From IMG/VR virus record IMGVR_UViG_3300043104_000334: a stretch of 64,000 nt of DNA; one strand, written 5' to 3'. The DNA is from a virus. Taxonomy: Duplodnaviria > Caudoviricetes. The notes beneath the pieces are model-generated. The model searched no databases and was not told where the DNA came from. It saw nothing but the letters and a program-made list of their open reading frames with translations. Position 1 is the stretch's first letter. Each line of letters opens with the position of its first letter. The translations under genes and the position numbers were made by a program. Positions 28,778-39,680 of the stretch are shown here, piece after piece.

Positions 28778-28848
28778 ATTTGTACCATAGAATGCAATGC
28801 ATTTCCTTTATACGCAATTGAATAGACTATTTAACAATAACCTACTCA

Positions 28849-28869
28849 ATAGGGAGAAATTCTCCCTAT
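28849..28869 (-). terminator. Hairpin overlapping the VirB4-like stop codon
   Basis: ATAGGGAGA-AAT-TCTCCCTAT. Confidence 0.5.
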
Positions 28870-30950
28870 GAACCGGACATAACATTTTTCTCTTTTACCG
28901 GTGTATTTACTTTATACTTCTTAAACTTGCCATCATCGTTCTTTTCAACCTCGACCTGAATAATAGGATAAAGATTCTTGTTCTGCATATTGTTAATAAA
29001 CACAAAACAGTTCTTGTACCTGTTTGAACTTCCGGGTATCTTTATGTGGTCCTCGAGATGCTTAAGCCCAAACTGCTCAATAACAACTTTACGTGCATCA
29101 AGCGTAAGCTCACCAACAAACAGTCCTCTTGTATTTTCAATAAGAGGCTTGGCAATTTCACTATTCTGCAATGCCTGTACTGAATTACCCAAGAGCAAGG
29201 TATCCTGATTCTGTGACCGTCTAAGCGTATACTCCTGAACGTACATCTTCATGATTTCATCAGAAACAACCTGTGACTCTTCAAGTATTTTAAATGTACG
29301 CTTACCCTCAGCATACTTTCTTGTTGTGAACTCACCATTAAGCTTTGACATATACAGAAACTTAAGTCGGAATAAATCCTCATCAATGTCTGAAATTGTT
29401 GCATCTCCAAGGATACCAAAGTCAAATGCTAATGTGTCACTGTGCAGGATTTTGGCGTAATCAAACTCACGCTTAAACACATAAGACTTTGAACCTGTTG
29501 CAGACATAAACATCCTGAGTGTTCCGATAACAGTCTTATGAATGTTATACTGAGCACGCTTCTGTGGAGTAAGGTATTTCTCAAACCTATCAAACACTTC
29601 ATAAGGATTCAACGATTCCGTTGTGTTCCATGAGTTCATGTTTGTAGGTATCGCACCAATCGAGATGTACAATGTATCCAAGAATTCATCAAGCAATTCT
29701 TCAAGTTCAAGAAGCGTTTCTCTATCCCGAACACCAGATAAGATAATCATCTGTTCCTTTGAGAACTTTACTCTTGATTTGAAATAGGCTTCTGCATTAT
29801 CCTGCGATGTATCTTCCTTGTGCATAACGAAACTGTTGATATACTCAGTTGACATAGGACGCAATGATACTGTATAGCCATTTGTAGCGTTGATGAAATT
29901 GGTATACTCATTACCTTTAATATCCATCATAACACAAGCAGAACCATTTTCATAAGCTGACTGTGCCATATTCATTGCGAGGACAGTCTTACCAACACCT
30001 GATGGCGCTACACAATACATATTACGTGCAACAGTTATCTCACTAAAGTCAATATAGTAAGGCGTACCATTAAGCACATTCTGTCCGACATAATATCCTG
30101 TCTTATCGTTGTATGAGCCGCAGTTGGGAACAATCTGTGACAAAATGACATTTGTTGTCATAACAGGTGTTGTACCCTTGAGGTCATAGTTCTTTCCACC
30201 AAACATTGAAATGTACTCAAGGTCACTACGAATAGAACCATGTGCTGGCATATAGATACATCCCATGGAACCAAGCATATCGAAGATAATCTTCTCTGCG
30301 TTGTTAAGGGTTTGAATATCTTTAGCCCGAACAATAAGGTACATTCGAGTGTTCTTCAGTTGTTTGCCAGACTCAGCAACTTTTACTGTATATAGACACC
30401 TCGCTGACCTTTCACGCATTCTCTTTGATGTAAGGTCAGAATCAAGGTTATTTTCCCACATGTTAATACGACTTTTTAAACCGGAATTATTAGGGTCATA
30501 ATCATAATTACTATTCTTGAATGTTGCATCAAGTATAGCTCGATTGCCCCTATCACGAAGAGCAGAGTTAAGCACTCCTAAAAGTGTAATAGGAGTGCTT
30601 GTTCCCAACTCATAGATTTGTATGATTGTTGACATGTACAGCTTTGTAACATACATGTTATTCGTAATAAGAATCCTGTCTCCGATGTTATCTGGAATCT
30701 TACCTCTGTCTTTCATCGTAAGACTAACGAGATAAGAAATCCACATCTTCACCCATAAGAATCTATCGGGCTTTACTTTGCCCTCATTACGAATCTCAGC
30801 AGCTTTCCTAACTGATTTCCGTATGTTCTTCTGAGTCTTTTCTGCGTCTACTTCGCCATACTCGTCATAGGCAACCTCAACTTTAGAAGCCTCTTCAATG
30901 TTATTACTCCTCTGCTTTGAGTCAGCCTTTAACTCATCCCTAAGCGCCAT
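28866..30950 (-). CDS. VirB4/TraE(TrsE)-like conjugation/T4SS ATPase (start revised to MALRDEL)
   Basis: RNMYCVAPSGVGKT Walker A, MDIKGNEY, IN motif, ILEESQ Walker B variant; about 700 aa. Confidence 0.8.
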   Translation of the reverse strand: MALRDELKADSKQRSNNIEEASKVEVAYDEYGEVDAEKTQKNIRKSVRKAAEIRNEGKVKPDRFLWVKMWISYLVSLTMKDRGKIPDNIGDRILITNNMYVTKLYMSTIIQIYELGTSTPITLLGVLNSALRDRGNRAILDATFKNSNYDYDPNNSGLKSRINMWENNLDSDLTSKRMRERSARCLYTVKVAESGKQLKNTRMYLIVRAKDIQTLNNAEKIIFDMLGSMGCIYMPAHGSIRSDLEYISMFGGKNYDLKGTTPVMTTNVILSQIVPNCGSYNDKTGYYVGQNVLNGTPYYIDFSEITVARNMYCVAPSGVGKTVLAMNMAQSAYENGSACVMMDIKGNEYTNFINATNGYTVSLRPMSTEYINSFVMHKEDTSQDNAEAYFKSRVKFSKEQMIILSGVRDRETLLELEELLDEFLDTLYISIGAIPTNMNSWNTTESLNPYEVFDRFEKYLTPQKRAQYNIHKTVIGTLRMFMSATGSKSYVFKREFDYAKILHSDTLAFDFGILGDATISDIDEDLFRLKFLYMSKLNGEFTTRKYAEGKRTFKILEESQVVSDEIMKMYVQEYTLRRSQNQDTLLLGNSVQALQNSEIAKPLIENTRGLFVGELTLDARKVVIEQFGLKHLEDHIKIPGSSNRYKNCFVFINNMQNKNLYPIIQVEVEKNDDGKFKKYKVNTPVKEKNVMSGS

Positions 30951-31042
30951 AAATATAGCCTCCTTCAAAAACAATTCTTAGCTGAATAATCCAATAGCAC
31001 TGTGCTCATCTCATCAGCAAATTCGTATTCATGTTCTAAGCT

Positions 31043-31657
31043 TCATAAAGCTTCATCAAATTCTTTAATGTCTAAGTTGCCAGCCAGAATATGATTTCCG
31101 CCGACCCAAGAACTTCCATGAACTTTCACGTTTTCAGATAAACGTGCAAACTCATGTATTTGGGCGTCTTCAGAAACTTCTGCATTGTCAGAAACCTTAG
31201 CATAATCGTACACCCATGCATAGCCGGATACCTTTGCATTACCGGATACTTTTGCATGTCCAAACACAGCAGCGCCATCTGACACGACTGCTGAACCATA
31301 GACATGTGCATCACCGTCAACCAGTGTCTTGTCTGTCACATGTGCAGAATCACTGATGTATGCACTTCCCCATACTCTTGCATCACCATCAACACATCCA
31401 CCGGAAATCATAGCTTTACCACGTACTTCCGCATTACCAGCAACTATAGCATTGTCAAATACTGTTGCAGACTCGTAGACCCAGCAGTTTCCACTCTGGC
31501 TGAGATTACTTGGCGACTCAATGTATCCGCCTATATCCCCATCCATAACGTCTTTGAAATTCTTTACCGCCTGAATCTGATAGAGCGTACGATTGCCAAT
31601 TGTCAAGGTTCTGTCCTTTAATAAAACGTACTTGATATCTCCACTAATTTTACTCAT
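31043..31657 (-). CDS. LbH hexapeptide-repeat protein 11 (no N-terminal tag)
   Basis: GDIGGYIES..NLSQSGNCW plus hexapeptides. Confidence 0.9.
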   Translation of the reverse strand: MSKISGDIKYVLLKDRTLTIGNRTLYQIQAVKNFKDVMDGDIGGYIESPSNLSQSGNCWVYESATVFDNAIVAGNAEVRGKAMISGGCVDGDARVWGSAYISDSAHVTDKTLVDGDAHVYGSAVVSDGAAVFGHAKVSGNAKVSGYAWVYDYAKVSDNAEVSEDAQIHEFARLSENVKVHGSSWVGGNHILAGNLDIKEFDEAL

Positions 31658-31779
31658 TGCTTTGTACCTCCACTGTACAATAATTGCTATTACGTTATCA
31701 TTATTTCCTTATCATTTATATATGCTCATTTTGGTATATACCTTTCAGTAGCATAAATTATTTTTGTGAGTTCCTGCTT

Positions 31780-32772
31780 TTATTTCTTAAGTGTATTCTC
31801 GTAAAATGCCTTAGCTGCATCCTCATGCTGCTTATAACCACTGAAGCTGAAGAAATAGGATGGAATCATCTCGTATATCATTTCCTTTTGCCAAGGTGTA
31901 AGACTGCCAAAATTCTTGTCCTCGAATAGTCCATGTACAATTGTGCATACTACACAGTCGTAAGCTTTTCTATCAGGGTACTTATCGTACTTATGATACC
32001 GCTCACATATTGTCTCATACTTACACTGTTCAAAGTAAAGCTCATCGTAATCACAGGTATCACCAGGCATTTCAAGGACACAAGCACACTCAACGATATA
32101 TAGATTCTTATTATGCAATCCATTAATAAGCGATGCTACGTGTGCATCCTTATTTAAGGATAACAGTCTCTTCGCACGTTCCATTCCGTCCGAAAGTGTT
32201 CTAGGTGATACCAACTTGATAAGCTCACTTCTACCAATCAACTTGAGATAATTCATGAACGCTATATGCTCTTTAGTCACGTAATTTGATAGGTCATGCT
32301 CCGGAGCAACAATGATATATGTTGGATCATTAACTATCTTTGTAGAACCACTGGGCGGGTACGCTGTAAAGATAAGTTCTCTTGTACCAGTCATCTCTGG
32401 ACAATTGATAAGTCTTCCACCATTAATAAGCTCCACAACAGGATACTCCTCATAATTGTAAGCACCAATCGAGAAGTTTTCGTTTTTGTTAATGAACATA
32501 ACCTGTGTTCCATCGATAATGATCTTCTTAAGCTTGTTACTAGGGGACTCCGACCACCGACCATAAGACAATCCATCATTTGTCTCCGGTCCGATACAAG
32601 GCTGTCTGCTCTCTCCATATATTGTAAGTGCACCACCACCAAATATCTTAATGACTTCTGCATTACCAGTGTAAATTGGACCTACCTTCACTTGCTCTCC
32701 GAACGTATTATAAGTCATGACTTTACCGTCGATTGCACTGGCAGCACCTAAAAGTGTATTCATACTTGACAT
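31780..32772 (-). CDS. Non-LbH hypothetical protein carrying the array's N-terminal tag
   Basis: MSSMNTLLGAASAID then unrelated sequence. Confidence 0.8.
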   Translation of the reverse strand: MSSMNTLLGAASAIDGKVMTYNTFGEQVKVGPIYTGNAEVIKIFGGGALTIYGESRQPCIGPETNDGLSYGRWSESPSNKLKKIIIDGTQVMFINKNENFSIGAYNYEEYPVVELINGGRLINCPEMTGTRELIFTAYPPSGSTKIVNDPTYIIVAPEHDLSNYVTKEHIAFMNYLKLIGRSELIKLVSPRTLSDGMERAKRLLSLNKDAHVASLINGLHNKNLYIVECACVLEMPGDTCDYDELYFEQCKYETICERYHKYDKYPDRKAYDCVVCTIVHGLFEDKNFGSLTPWQKEMIYEMIPSYFFSFSGYKQHEDAAKAFYENTLKK

Positions 32773-32805
32773 AGCTGTTTACCTCCATTTAACTATAATC
32801 AATCC

Positions 32806-34284
32806 TTACTGTAATATCCAGTCAGCAATGTTATTACTCATGATCTGCATATTCCCAAGAAATACTGTGCTACCACCTTGGTCTGCATTCCCGTATATCT
32901 GAGCATTTTCGTATACATTAGTTTCGCCGTGTACTTTAGCGTTACCATAAACCTTAGCACCACCATCAATGACAGCATTATCGTAAACCTCAGCGCTACC
33001 AAATACTTCTGCGTTACCACTTATTTTAGCACTGCCATGAATTTTAGCAACACCACGGACTACAGCATCATCAGAAATCTCAGCGTTATCGAAAATATTA
33101 GCATTGTCAAAAATCCTAGCATTTCCACAAATTACGGCCTCACCTGTAACATTAGCTTTCCAAGACACTTCTGCATTATCAGTTATAACACATTCCCCAC
33201 CAATATATGCTTCACCAAATATTTTAGCTTCACCACTAATGCAAACCGCTCCACCAATGCTAGCCTTTTCATAGACCTTAGCATTGTTACACACATCACC
33301 ATTGTAGACGCTAGCATCATCATAAATCTTGGCATTATCATGTACTAATGAATCACCACTTATTTTAGCATTATTGTATATTATAGCATTGTCATATACC
33401 GCAGCATTGCCTTCAACAATAGCACGGCCATAAACCTTAGCCTTATTATATATCTTAGCTGACCGTTTTACTACAGTTTTGCCAAAGACTTGAGCATCAC
33501 CATACACCTCTGCTTGATCATAGACATGAGCATTATCAAAGACTTTAGCATTATCGTGAATATAAGCTTCATCAAATACTCTTGCGTCTCCAAAAACGCA
33601 TGCATTGCCATCCACCCAACAACTCCCCTCATGAGAAAGATTTTCCTCATTCTCTATCCATCCACCATGTCTTCCTTCTACAACCGCTAGTTTATTATCC
33701 CACGTCCTCCAGACGTTTTTTAATGCTCTTATTTCATGTAAGATATGACCATCTACCTCTTTAATTGCACCAGTGAATTCATATTTCTTAGTTACTTCAC
33801 CTCTTTTGAATGGAGTATCGTATACACTGTCTGTACCACACAGTAACAGTTTATCTACCCGAGCTCTACCATAAACTTGAGCTTGATCACAAACTTGAGC
33901 GCCATCATAGACTTTAGCATCATCATAGACTTTAGCCGAACCAAACACCCGTGCATTACCCCGGACTTGAGCATCACCATAAACTTGAGCATCATCTGAT
34001 ACTTGAGCGCTACCAGAAACCTTAGCATTACCATACACCATAGCATCATCAAATACCCAGCAAGTGCCTTCTTGAGCAAGATTGCCCTCGTGTTCTACCC
34101 AACCACCCATATCACCAATCTTAACTTCTCTGCCATTACAATTAAAATCCTTTAAAGATTTTATTCTGCTGCATATACGTTCAAGTGTCACACTCTTATA
34201 ATCAGATAATTCGTATTTCTTATTTACATCCTTATTAGTATCAACTTTACCTGCTGCCCTTAAGAGCATATTCATATCAGCCAT
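32806..34284 (-). CDS. LbH protein 10, two fused units (start revised to MADMN)
   Basis: Two KKYE..GGW..NL..EG.CW heads; GGAGG RBS. Confidence 0.9.
   Translation of the reverse strand: MADMNMLLRAAGKVDTNKDVNKKYELSDYKSVTLERICSRIKSLKDFNCNGREVKIGDMGGWVEHEGNLAQEGTCWVFDDAMVYGNAKVSGSAQVSDDAQVYGDAQVRGNARVFGSAKVYDDAKVYDGAQVCDQAQVYGRARVDKLLLCGTDSVYDTPFKRGEVTKKYEFTGAIKEVDGHILHEIRALKNVWRTWDNKLAVVEGRHGGWIENEENLSHEGSCWVDGNACVFGDARVFDEAYIHDNAKVFDNAHVYDQAEVYGDAQVFGKTVVKRSAKIYNKAKVYGRAIVEGNAAVYDNAIIYNNAKISGDSLVHDNAKIYDDASVYNGDVCNNAKVYEKASIGGAVCISGEAKIFGEAYIGGECVITDNAEVSWKANVTGEAVICGNARIFDNANIFDNAEISDDAVVRGVAKIHGSAKISGNAEVFGSAEVYDNAVIDGGAKVYGNAKVHGETNVYENAQIYGNADQGGSTVFLGNMQIMSNNIADWILQ
33971..34038. repeat. 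68-bp exact repeat, copy 1 (copy 2 at 42853..42920)
   Basis: gcatcaccataaacttgagcatcatctgatacttgagcgctaccagaaaccttagcattaccatacac is identical at both sites. Confidence 0.9.
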
Positions 34285-34288
34285 AAGT

Positions 34289-35014
34289 TTACCTCCATTT
34301 ATCATTTACATATTCACAAATATCAGTGTCACCATGAATACATTCAGGTTCATTAATTTTAACATTACCATGAACTCTAGCATTACCGCACACTAGTACC
34401 TGATTACCTATATCTGCGTTGTCATAGACCTGAGCCTTGTCACATACAGTACCAGTTACTATAGCATTGTTATAAATTTTAGCATCATCATGTACCTTAG
34501 CCATACCACGGACTTCAGTGCCACCATAGATTTTAACCCTGCCGCTAACTACTGCTGTTCCATGAACCTCAGCATTATCATAGATTTTGGCTTCCCCAAA
34601 AATCTTAGTAGAGTCATAAACCCGCGCAGAATTAAAGACTTGAGCATTACCGAAGACTCTAGCGTCATGACAAACTTGAGCATTATCATATATTTGAGCT
34701 TCATCAAATACCTCAGCATGTTCACTAATTTCAGCACCATCATAAACTCTAGCTTTACCCCAAACTTTAGCATTATCGAATACCCAACAATTCCCTTCCT
34801 GAGAAAGATTAGTTTCACTCTCAACAAATCCACCTAATTCACCGATTTTAATTTCTGAGTCCATACCCCATTTAATACTCTTTAAAGCCTTTATCCTATG
34901 AAGAGTATGACCAAACATTTCGCATGTTTTATCTGTAAGTTCATATTTCTTATCTGATTCCTTATTAGTATCAACCTTTCCAGCTGCTCTCAAGAGTTCG
35001 CTTATATCATTCAT
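34289..35014 (-). CDS. LbH protein 9 (start revised to MNDISE)
   Basis: Head domain plus hexapeptides. Confidence 0.9.
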   Translation of the reverse strand: MNDISELLRAAGKVDTNKESDKKYELTDKTCEMFGHTLHRIKALKSIKWGMDSEIKIGELGGFVESETNLSQEGNCWVFDNAKVWGKARVYDGAEISEHAEVFDEAQIYDNAQVCHDARVFGNAQVFNSARVYDSTKIFGEAKIYDNAEVHGTAVVSGRVKIYGGTEVRGMAKVHDDAKIYNNAIVTGTVCDKAQVYDNADIGNQVLVCGNARVHGNVKINEPECIHGDTDICEYVNDKWR

Positions 35015-35055
35015 AATTTTCTCCATCCTACTTCATAGATTTATTGCTGTTTTGG

Positions 35056-35080
35056 GGGGTTGGATATTGCACCCAACCCC
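35056..35080. terminator. GC-rich hairpin between LbH genes
   Basis: GGGGTTGG...CCAACCCC. Confidence 0.5.
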
Positions 35081-35095
35081 AACAGGTTTACTTAA

Positions 35096-35953
35096 TTAAC
35101 AAAGTTCATCTGACGCCATGATATGCATATCACCAGTTACAGAAGTTTTACCAGCAACATCTGAGCTACCACTGATAAATGCATGTCCATCGACATAAGC
35201 ATCTCCATGTACTGTGACAAATTTATTTATAATAGTATTACCCGTCACAATAGCTTTTTCATAGATACATGCACCTCCTGAAACCTTTGCATTACATCTC
35301 ACTTGAGCAGCATCATGTACACGTGCATCTCCGCATACTAATGCATTGTCAGCAATAATTGCTGCACCATAGACCTCAGCATTATCTTTAACTGTTGCAT
35401 GGTTGCAAAGAAAGGCTTTACCATATACCCGCGCGCTACCATCAACACTTGCATTGTCATTCATTTGGGCATCTTCAAATATAGCCGTTTCGCCACTGAC
35501 AATGCAATCATTATCAATAATAGCATTGTCATAAATCTGTGCATGACCTCTTACAATTACATGACCATCCACAGAAGCATCGCCATAAATCTTGGCTGCA
35601 CCACATATAACTGCATTGCCGTCGACCTTTGCATTGTCATAAACCCATGCATCATCCATGACAAGTGCATCACCAGCAATCAACGCGTCTCCAAATACGA
35701 AAGCTTTACCTGTCACCCAGCACGTTCCGTACTGTGGCAAGTTCTCTTCACTTTCAATAAATCCGCCAAGGTCTCCCGGATGCACATCTTTCCAGTGTGT
35801 CCTGAAGTACCCAAGAGCTTTGATACGATGAAGAATTATGCCCTTATAATTGTATGTTTCGTCAGTAAGTTCATATTTCTTACCTAACCCCTTAGTAGTA
35901 TCAATCTTCCCAGCTGCATCCAACAGTGTATTCATATTAACCGTATTATTCAT
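35096..35953 (-). CDS. LbH protein 8
   Basis: Head domain plus hexapeptides. Confidence 0.9.
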   Translation of the reverse strand: MNNTVNMNTLLDAAGKIDTTKGLGKKYELTDETYNYKGIILHRIKALGYFRTHWKDVHPGDLGGFIESEENLPQYGTCWVTGKAFVFGDALIAGDALVMDDAWVYDNAKVDGNAVICGAAKIYGDASVDGHVIVRGHAQIYDNAIIDNDCIVSGETAIFEDAQMNDNASVDGSARVYGKAFLCNHATVKDNAEVYGAAIIADNALVCGDARVHDAAQVRCNAKVSGGACIYEKAIVTGNTIINKFVTVHGDAYVDGHAFISGSSDVAGKTSVTGDMHIMASDELC

Positions 35954-35992
35954 ATCAAATATACTCCTTATCTCGATTTTTATTTTTAACTG

Positions 35993-36649
35993 TTACCTTT
36001 TACTAAACTGTAAGAATTTTTCATACTCCGACCTTTTCTTAGACTCAGCTATGTATGTTATATTCTCATACACCATGTTGTCATCGTAATCATTAGTATG
36101 CTCCATATCCATATTGACACCAAGACAACCAATGCCTCTCAGTATTGAATGACCGGTGACCTTTACGTTGCCACCAACAATGAAAGTTCCATGAATAGTA
36201 ATATTACCATTCACTTCAGCATTTCCTTTTACGCAGGTACAGATCTCAAGAACTGATGAACCAAAGACTTTAGCATTCTCATTAACACATGACTGCCCAC
36301 TCATCCATGTTTCACCACCAACAACCGCATTGTTGAATAGATGACTAAGACCACACATAAAAGCATTATCTTTGAGCACTGCACTATGTGTGACAAGTGA
36401 CTTTCCACACATCTTAGCATTGTTCATAACTTTAGCATGAGCAAACACTTGAGCATCCTCGTAAACTTCTGCATCATCATACACCCAGCAATTGTCTATT
36501 GTATCAAGATTATGTTCCGATTGAATATAGCCACCTAAGTCACCTTTTTTCACATCCCCAAAATCTTTTAACGCAACAATCCGATGTAGTACCAATCCGT
36601 TGGTAAGTACCTTGGTATTGTTTGTAAGTGCATATTTATCATTATTCAT
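35993..36649 (-). CDS. LbH protein 7 (start revised to MNNDK; no N-terminal tag)
   Basis: Head domain plus divergent hexapeptides. Confidence 0.85.
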   Translation of the reverse strand: MNNDKYALTNNTKVLTNGLVLHRIVALKDFGDVKKGDLGGYIQSEHNLDTIDNCWVYDDAEVYEDAQVFAHAKVMNNAKMCGKSLVTHSAVLKDNAFMCGLSHLFNNAVVGGETWMSGQSCVNENAKVFGSSVLEICTCVKGNAEVNGNITIHGTFIVGGNVKVTGHSILRGIGCLGVNMDMEHTNDYDDNMVYENITYIAESKKRSEYEKFLQFSKR

Positions 36650-36662
36650 ATTACTTGACCCC

Positions 36663-37205
36663 TTATCTACCCTTAGCATGTATGGAAGCATTACCACATA
36701 TACATGTTGAACTCACTACCTCAACATTATATATGGATGCATTTCCGTATACTCTTGCATCATCATGAACCTCTGCCCCACACACTATTGCATTGCAATA
36801 AACCATAGCATTATCATATACTTCTGCAAGACCAGATACTTCTGCAGCTCCAAATACCTTGGCATTATTATATACCTCAGAATTACCAGATATTTTAGCG
36901 TCTTCGTATACCATAGCGTCGTCACGTACACTGGCACCAAAGAAACACATAGCATTATCGAATATCCAGCAGTTACCATCCTGCGATAAATTTTCCTCAC
37001 ATTCAACAAACCCACCAAGGTCTCCAGCTTTAACAAATCTATCTCCACAATTAAAGCTTTTGAGTGCCTTGATTCTATGGAATGCATACTTCTTGTTATC
37101 CCCATACTCAATGGTTTCATCAGATAATACATATTTCTTATCTGTATTCTCTTTGTCACCATACACAGTATTTGCTGCATTCACAAGTGCTTTCATATCT
37201 GTCAT
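36663..37205 (-). CDS. LbH protein 6 (start revised to MTDMK)
   Basis: Head domain plus hexapeptides; AAAGGA RBS. Confidence 0.88.
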   Translation of the reverse strand: MTDMKALVNAANTVYGDKENTDKKYVLSDETIEYGDNKKYAFHRIKALKSFNCGDRFVKAGDLGGFVECEENLSQDGNCWIFDNAMCFFGASVRDDAMVYEDAKISGNSEVYNNAKVFGAAEVSGLAEVYDNAMVYCNAIVCGAEVHDDARVYGNASIYNVEVVSSTCICGNASIHAKGR

Positions 37206-37241
37206 AGTATCAATCCTTTCTACATCATACATTCAGTATAC

Positions 37242-38057
37242 TCATTCAAATATACCATTTTCAATATTGTCACTGTCACAAATAAATGCCGAGCCACGTA
37301 TTTCTGACCACCCACTTATTACTGCATCGTCACAAACTATAGCGCTTCCATGTACCCGTGCATTACCCAAAATCTTAGCATTATCGAATACTCTTGCATT
37401 CCCGTTAATTTTTGAGTTATTACATATCTGGGCATTCCCGCATACAAAAGCATGGTCACTGACTTCAACATTATCACGGACTTGCGCATGGTCATAAACA
37501 CATGCACCGCCTGTAACCCTAGCATGTCCATAAACTGTGGCATTGCCGAATATAATAGCATCATGCATAATGGTAGCATAGTCATAAACTCTGGCATTGT
37601 CAAATATCCTAACGTTGTCATATATCTCAGCACTACCACAAACAAAAGCGTCATCATATACTCTAACATTATTGTATAATGTAGCATCTTCATACACCTT
37701 TGCATTACCATAGACTCTGACAGAAGAATCAAGGTAAGCATTGTCAAGCACTCGTGCATTGTCATAAACGTATGCAAAGTCTCCAATATGTGCATCACCG
37801 TACACTTTGGCATTGCCATATATGCATGCTCCCTTATATGCCCAACAACTGCCATCCTGTGATAGGTTACTCTCAGACTCAAGCCATCCACCTAAATCTC
37901 CGGCTTTTATATCACCATATCTAGTACTGAATGAACGTAAAGCTTGTATACGATGAAGTACATGACCATTTACTTCTCTAACCTCATCTGTAAGCTTGTA
38001 CTTATCTTTAGGTTCACACATGCTAGCAGCTCTCAATATCTTATTTATATTAGTCAT
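37242..38057 (-). CDS. LbH protein 5
   Basis: Head domain plus hexapeptides. Confidence 0.9.
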   Translation of the reverse strand: MTNINKILRAASMCEPKDKYKLTDEVREVNGHVLHRIQALRSFSTRYGDIKAGDLGGWLESESNLSQDGSCWAYKGACIYGNAKVYGDAHIGDFAYVYDNARVLDNAYLDSSVRVYGNAKVYEDATLYNNVRVYDDAFVCGSAEIYDNVRIFDNARVYDYATIMHDAIIFGNATVYGHARVTGGACVYDHAQVRDNVEVSDHAFVCGNAQICNNSKINGNARVFDNAKILGNARVHGSAIVCDDAVISGWSEIRGSAFICDSDNIENGIFE

Positions 38058-38130
38058 AATTCACCTCACCTAATACTCTAACGATACCACAAACTATAGG
38101 AACATAGCTAAATCAGCATTTGAACACACT

Positions 38131-38766
38131 TTAGTATTGACATATTCTTGTACTGCCAAAGACCTGAGCAGAATCACCAACCTTAGCATTACCATATACG
38201 CTGGCACTAGCGCCAACCTTAGCGTTACCATACACTCTAGCATTATTAGAAATCTCAGCATTATTACTTACACTAGCATTGCCATATACTCTAGCATCAT
38301 CGAAGACTCTGGTATGGCCAGAGACCTTGGCATTACCAGATACCTTAGCATGACCAGATACCTTAGCACTGCCGAATACTTTGGCATGGCACGAGACTTG
38401 AGCATGACTGGTCACTATAGCATCACAGCTAACCCTAGCATTATCAAAGACTCTAGCCTCGTTATCAACCTTAGCATTATCACAGACTCTAGCCTCATCA
38501 AAAACCTTAGCGTCATCAAATACCCAGGCGGTACACAACTGAGCGAGATTAGTCTCGCTCTCTATCCAACCACCCAGGTCACCAGCCTTAACCTCTCTAT
38601 CTTGACATGGAAAGTCCATTAGAGCTTTTACTCTATGAAGAGTATGACCATCCATCTCAATAGTTTCATCAGTGAGTTCATACTTCTTCTTATCTGTTTC
38701 CTCAGTAGTATTAACCTTTTCAGCTGCTTTTCCAGCTGCTTTTAATAGTGTATTTACATTAGACAT
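38131..38766 (-). CDS. LbH protein 4
   Basis: Head domain plus hexapeptides. Confidence 0.9.
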   Translation of the reverse strand: MSNVNTLLKAAGKAAEKVNTTEETDKKKYELTDETIEMDGHTLHRVKALMDFPCQDREVKAGDLGGWIESETNLAQLCTAWVFDDAKVFDEARVCDNAKVDNEARVFDNARVSCDAIVTSHAQVSCHAKVFGSAKVSGHAKVSGNAKVSGHTRVFDDARVYGNASVSNNAEISNNARVYGNAKVGASASVYGNAKVGDSAQVFGSTRICQY

Positions 38767-38791
38767 AATTTCTTACCTCCATTTATTATAT

Positions 38792-39640
38792 TCAACTAGA
38801 GACTCTGGCATTTCCACAGATTACAGCATCACCATGGATGTGGGCTTTATCACACACTATAGTATTACCAGCGATTTTAACATTACCATGCACGAGAGCA
38901 TTATTACAGACCACAGCCTGATCATAGACCTGAGCACTGTCATAGACTTGAACCATGCCGGAAACTATTGTTTTACCATAGACTTGAGCATCACCAAGAA
39001 TACAAGCTTTGTCAGATACTCTTGCATAATCATAAACCTGTGCATTACCGTAAACCTGAACATTGTCAGAGACTTTAGCACTACCATAGACCTTAGCATT
39101 ACCATAAATCCGAACATTATCAGAAACTTTAGCATCACCATAGACTTTAGCGCTATCACCAATCAAAACGTTATCATAGACTTTAACAGAACCATAGACT
39201 ACAGCACGATCAAAGACCTTAGCAAAACAATAGATTTCTCCACCATAAACTCGAGCTTCACCAAAAACTTTAACATTACCATAGACTCTAGCATCACCAT
39301 GGACTTTAGCATCACCGTAAACTTTGGTATTGCCATAAATCATAGCTTCATCGAATACTTCTGCATTATCATCAATTTTGGCATTACCATAAACTTGAGC
39401 ATTGTCAAAAACCCAACAATTACCTTCATGAGACAGATTATCTTCATTCTCAATAAATCCGCCTAGGTCTCCAGCTTTGACTCCTCTGCCTTGACAATTA
39501 AAATCTTTTAAAGATTTTATTCTGTAGAGTGTGTTACCATCAATTTCTTTAGTCTCGTTAGTGAATTCATACTTTTTATCCGATTCCTCTTTAGGGGCAA
39601 CCCTTTCAGCTGCCCCTAAAAGTGTGTTGATATCTGCCAT
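38792..39640 (-). CDS. LbH protein 3
   Basis: Head domain plus hexapeptides. Confidence 0.9.
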   Translation of the reverse strand: MADINTLLGAAERVAPKEESDKKYEFTNETKEIDGNTLYRIKSLKDFNCQGRGVKAGDLGGFIENEDNLSHEGNCWVFDNAQVYGNAKIDDNAEVFDEAMIYGNTKVYGDAKVHGDARVYGNVKVFGEARVYGGEIYCFAKVFDRAVVYGSVKVYDNVLIGDSAKVYGDAKVSDNVRIYGNAKVYGSAKVSDNVQVYGNAQVYDYARVSDKACILGDAQVYGKTIVSGMVQVYDSAQVYDQAVVCNNALVHGNVKIAGNTIVCDKAHIHGDAVICGNARVSS

Positions 39641-39666
39641 AATATTTTATCTCCATATTTCTCAAA

Positions 39667-39680
39667 TATTAACATATTAA
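39667..39680. promoter_or_regulatory. 14-bp motif TATTAACATATTAA, copy 1 of 3 (also 43540..43553 and 61049..61062)
   Basis: Exact copies, all at or in intergenic gaps. Confidence 0.4.

Noticed and set aside
818-31000. Short plus-strand ORFs antisense to annotated genes
   Set aside because: No RBS or motifs; wholly overlap better-supported minus-strand genes
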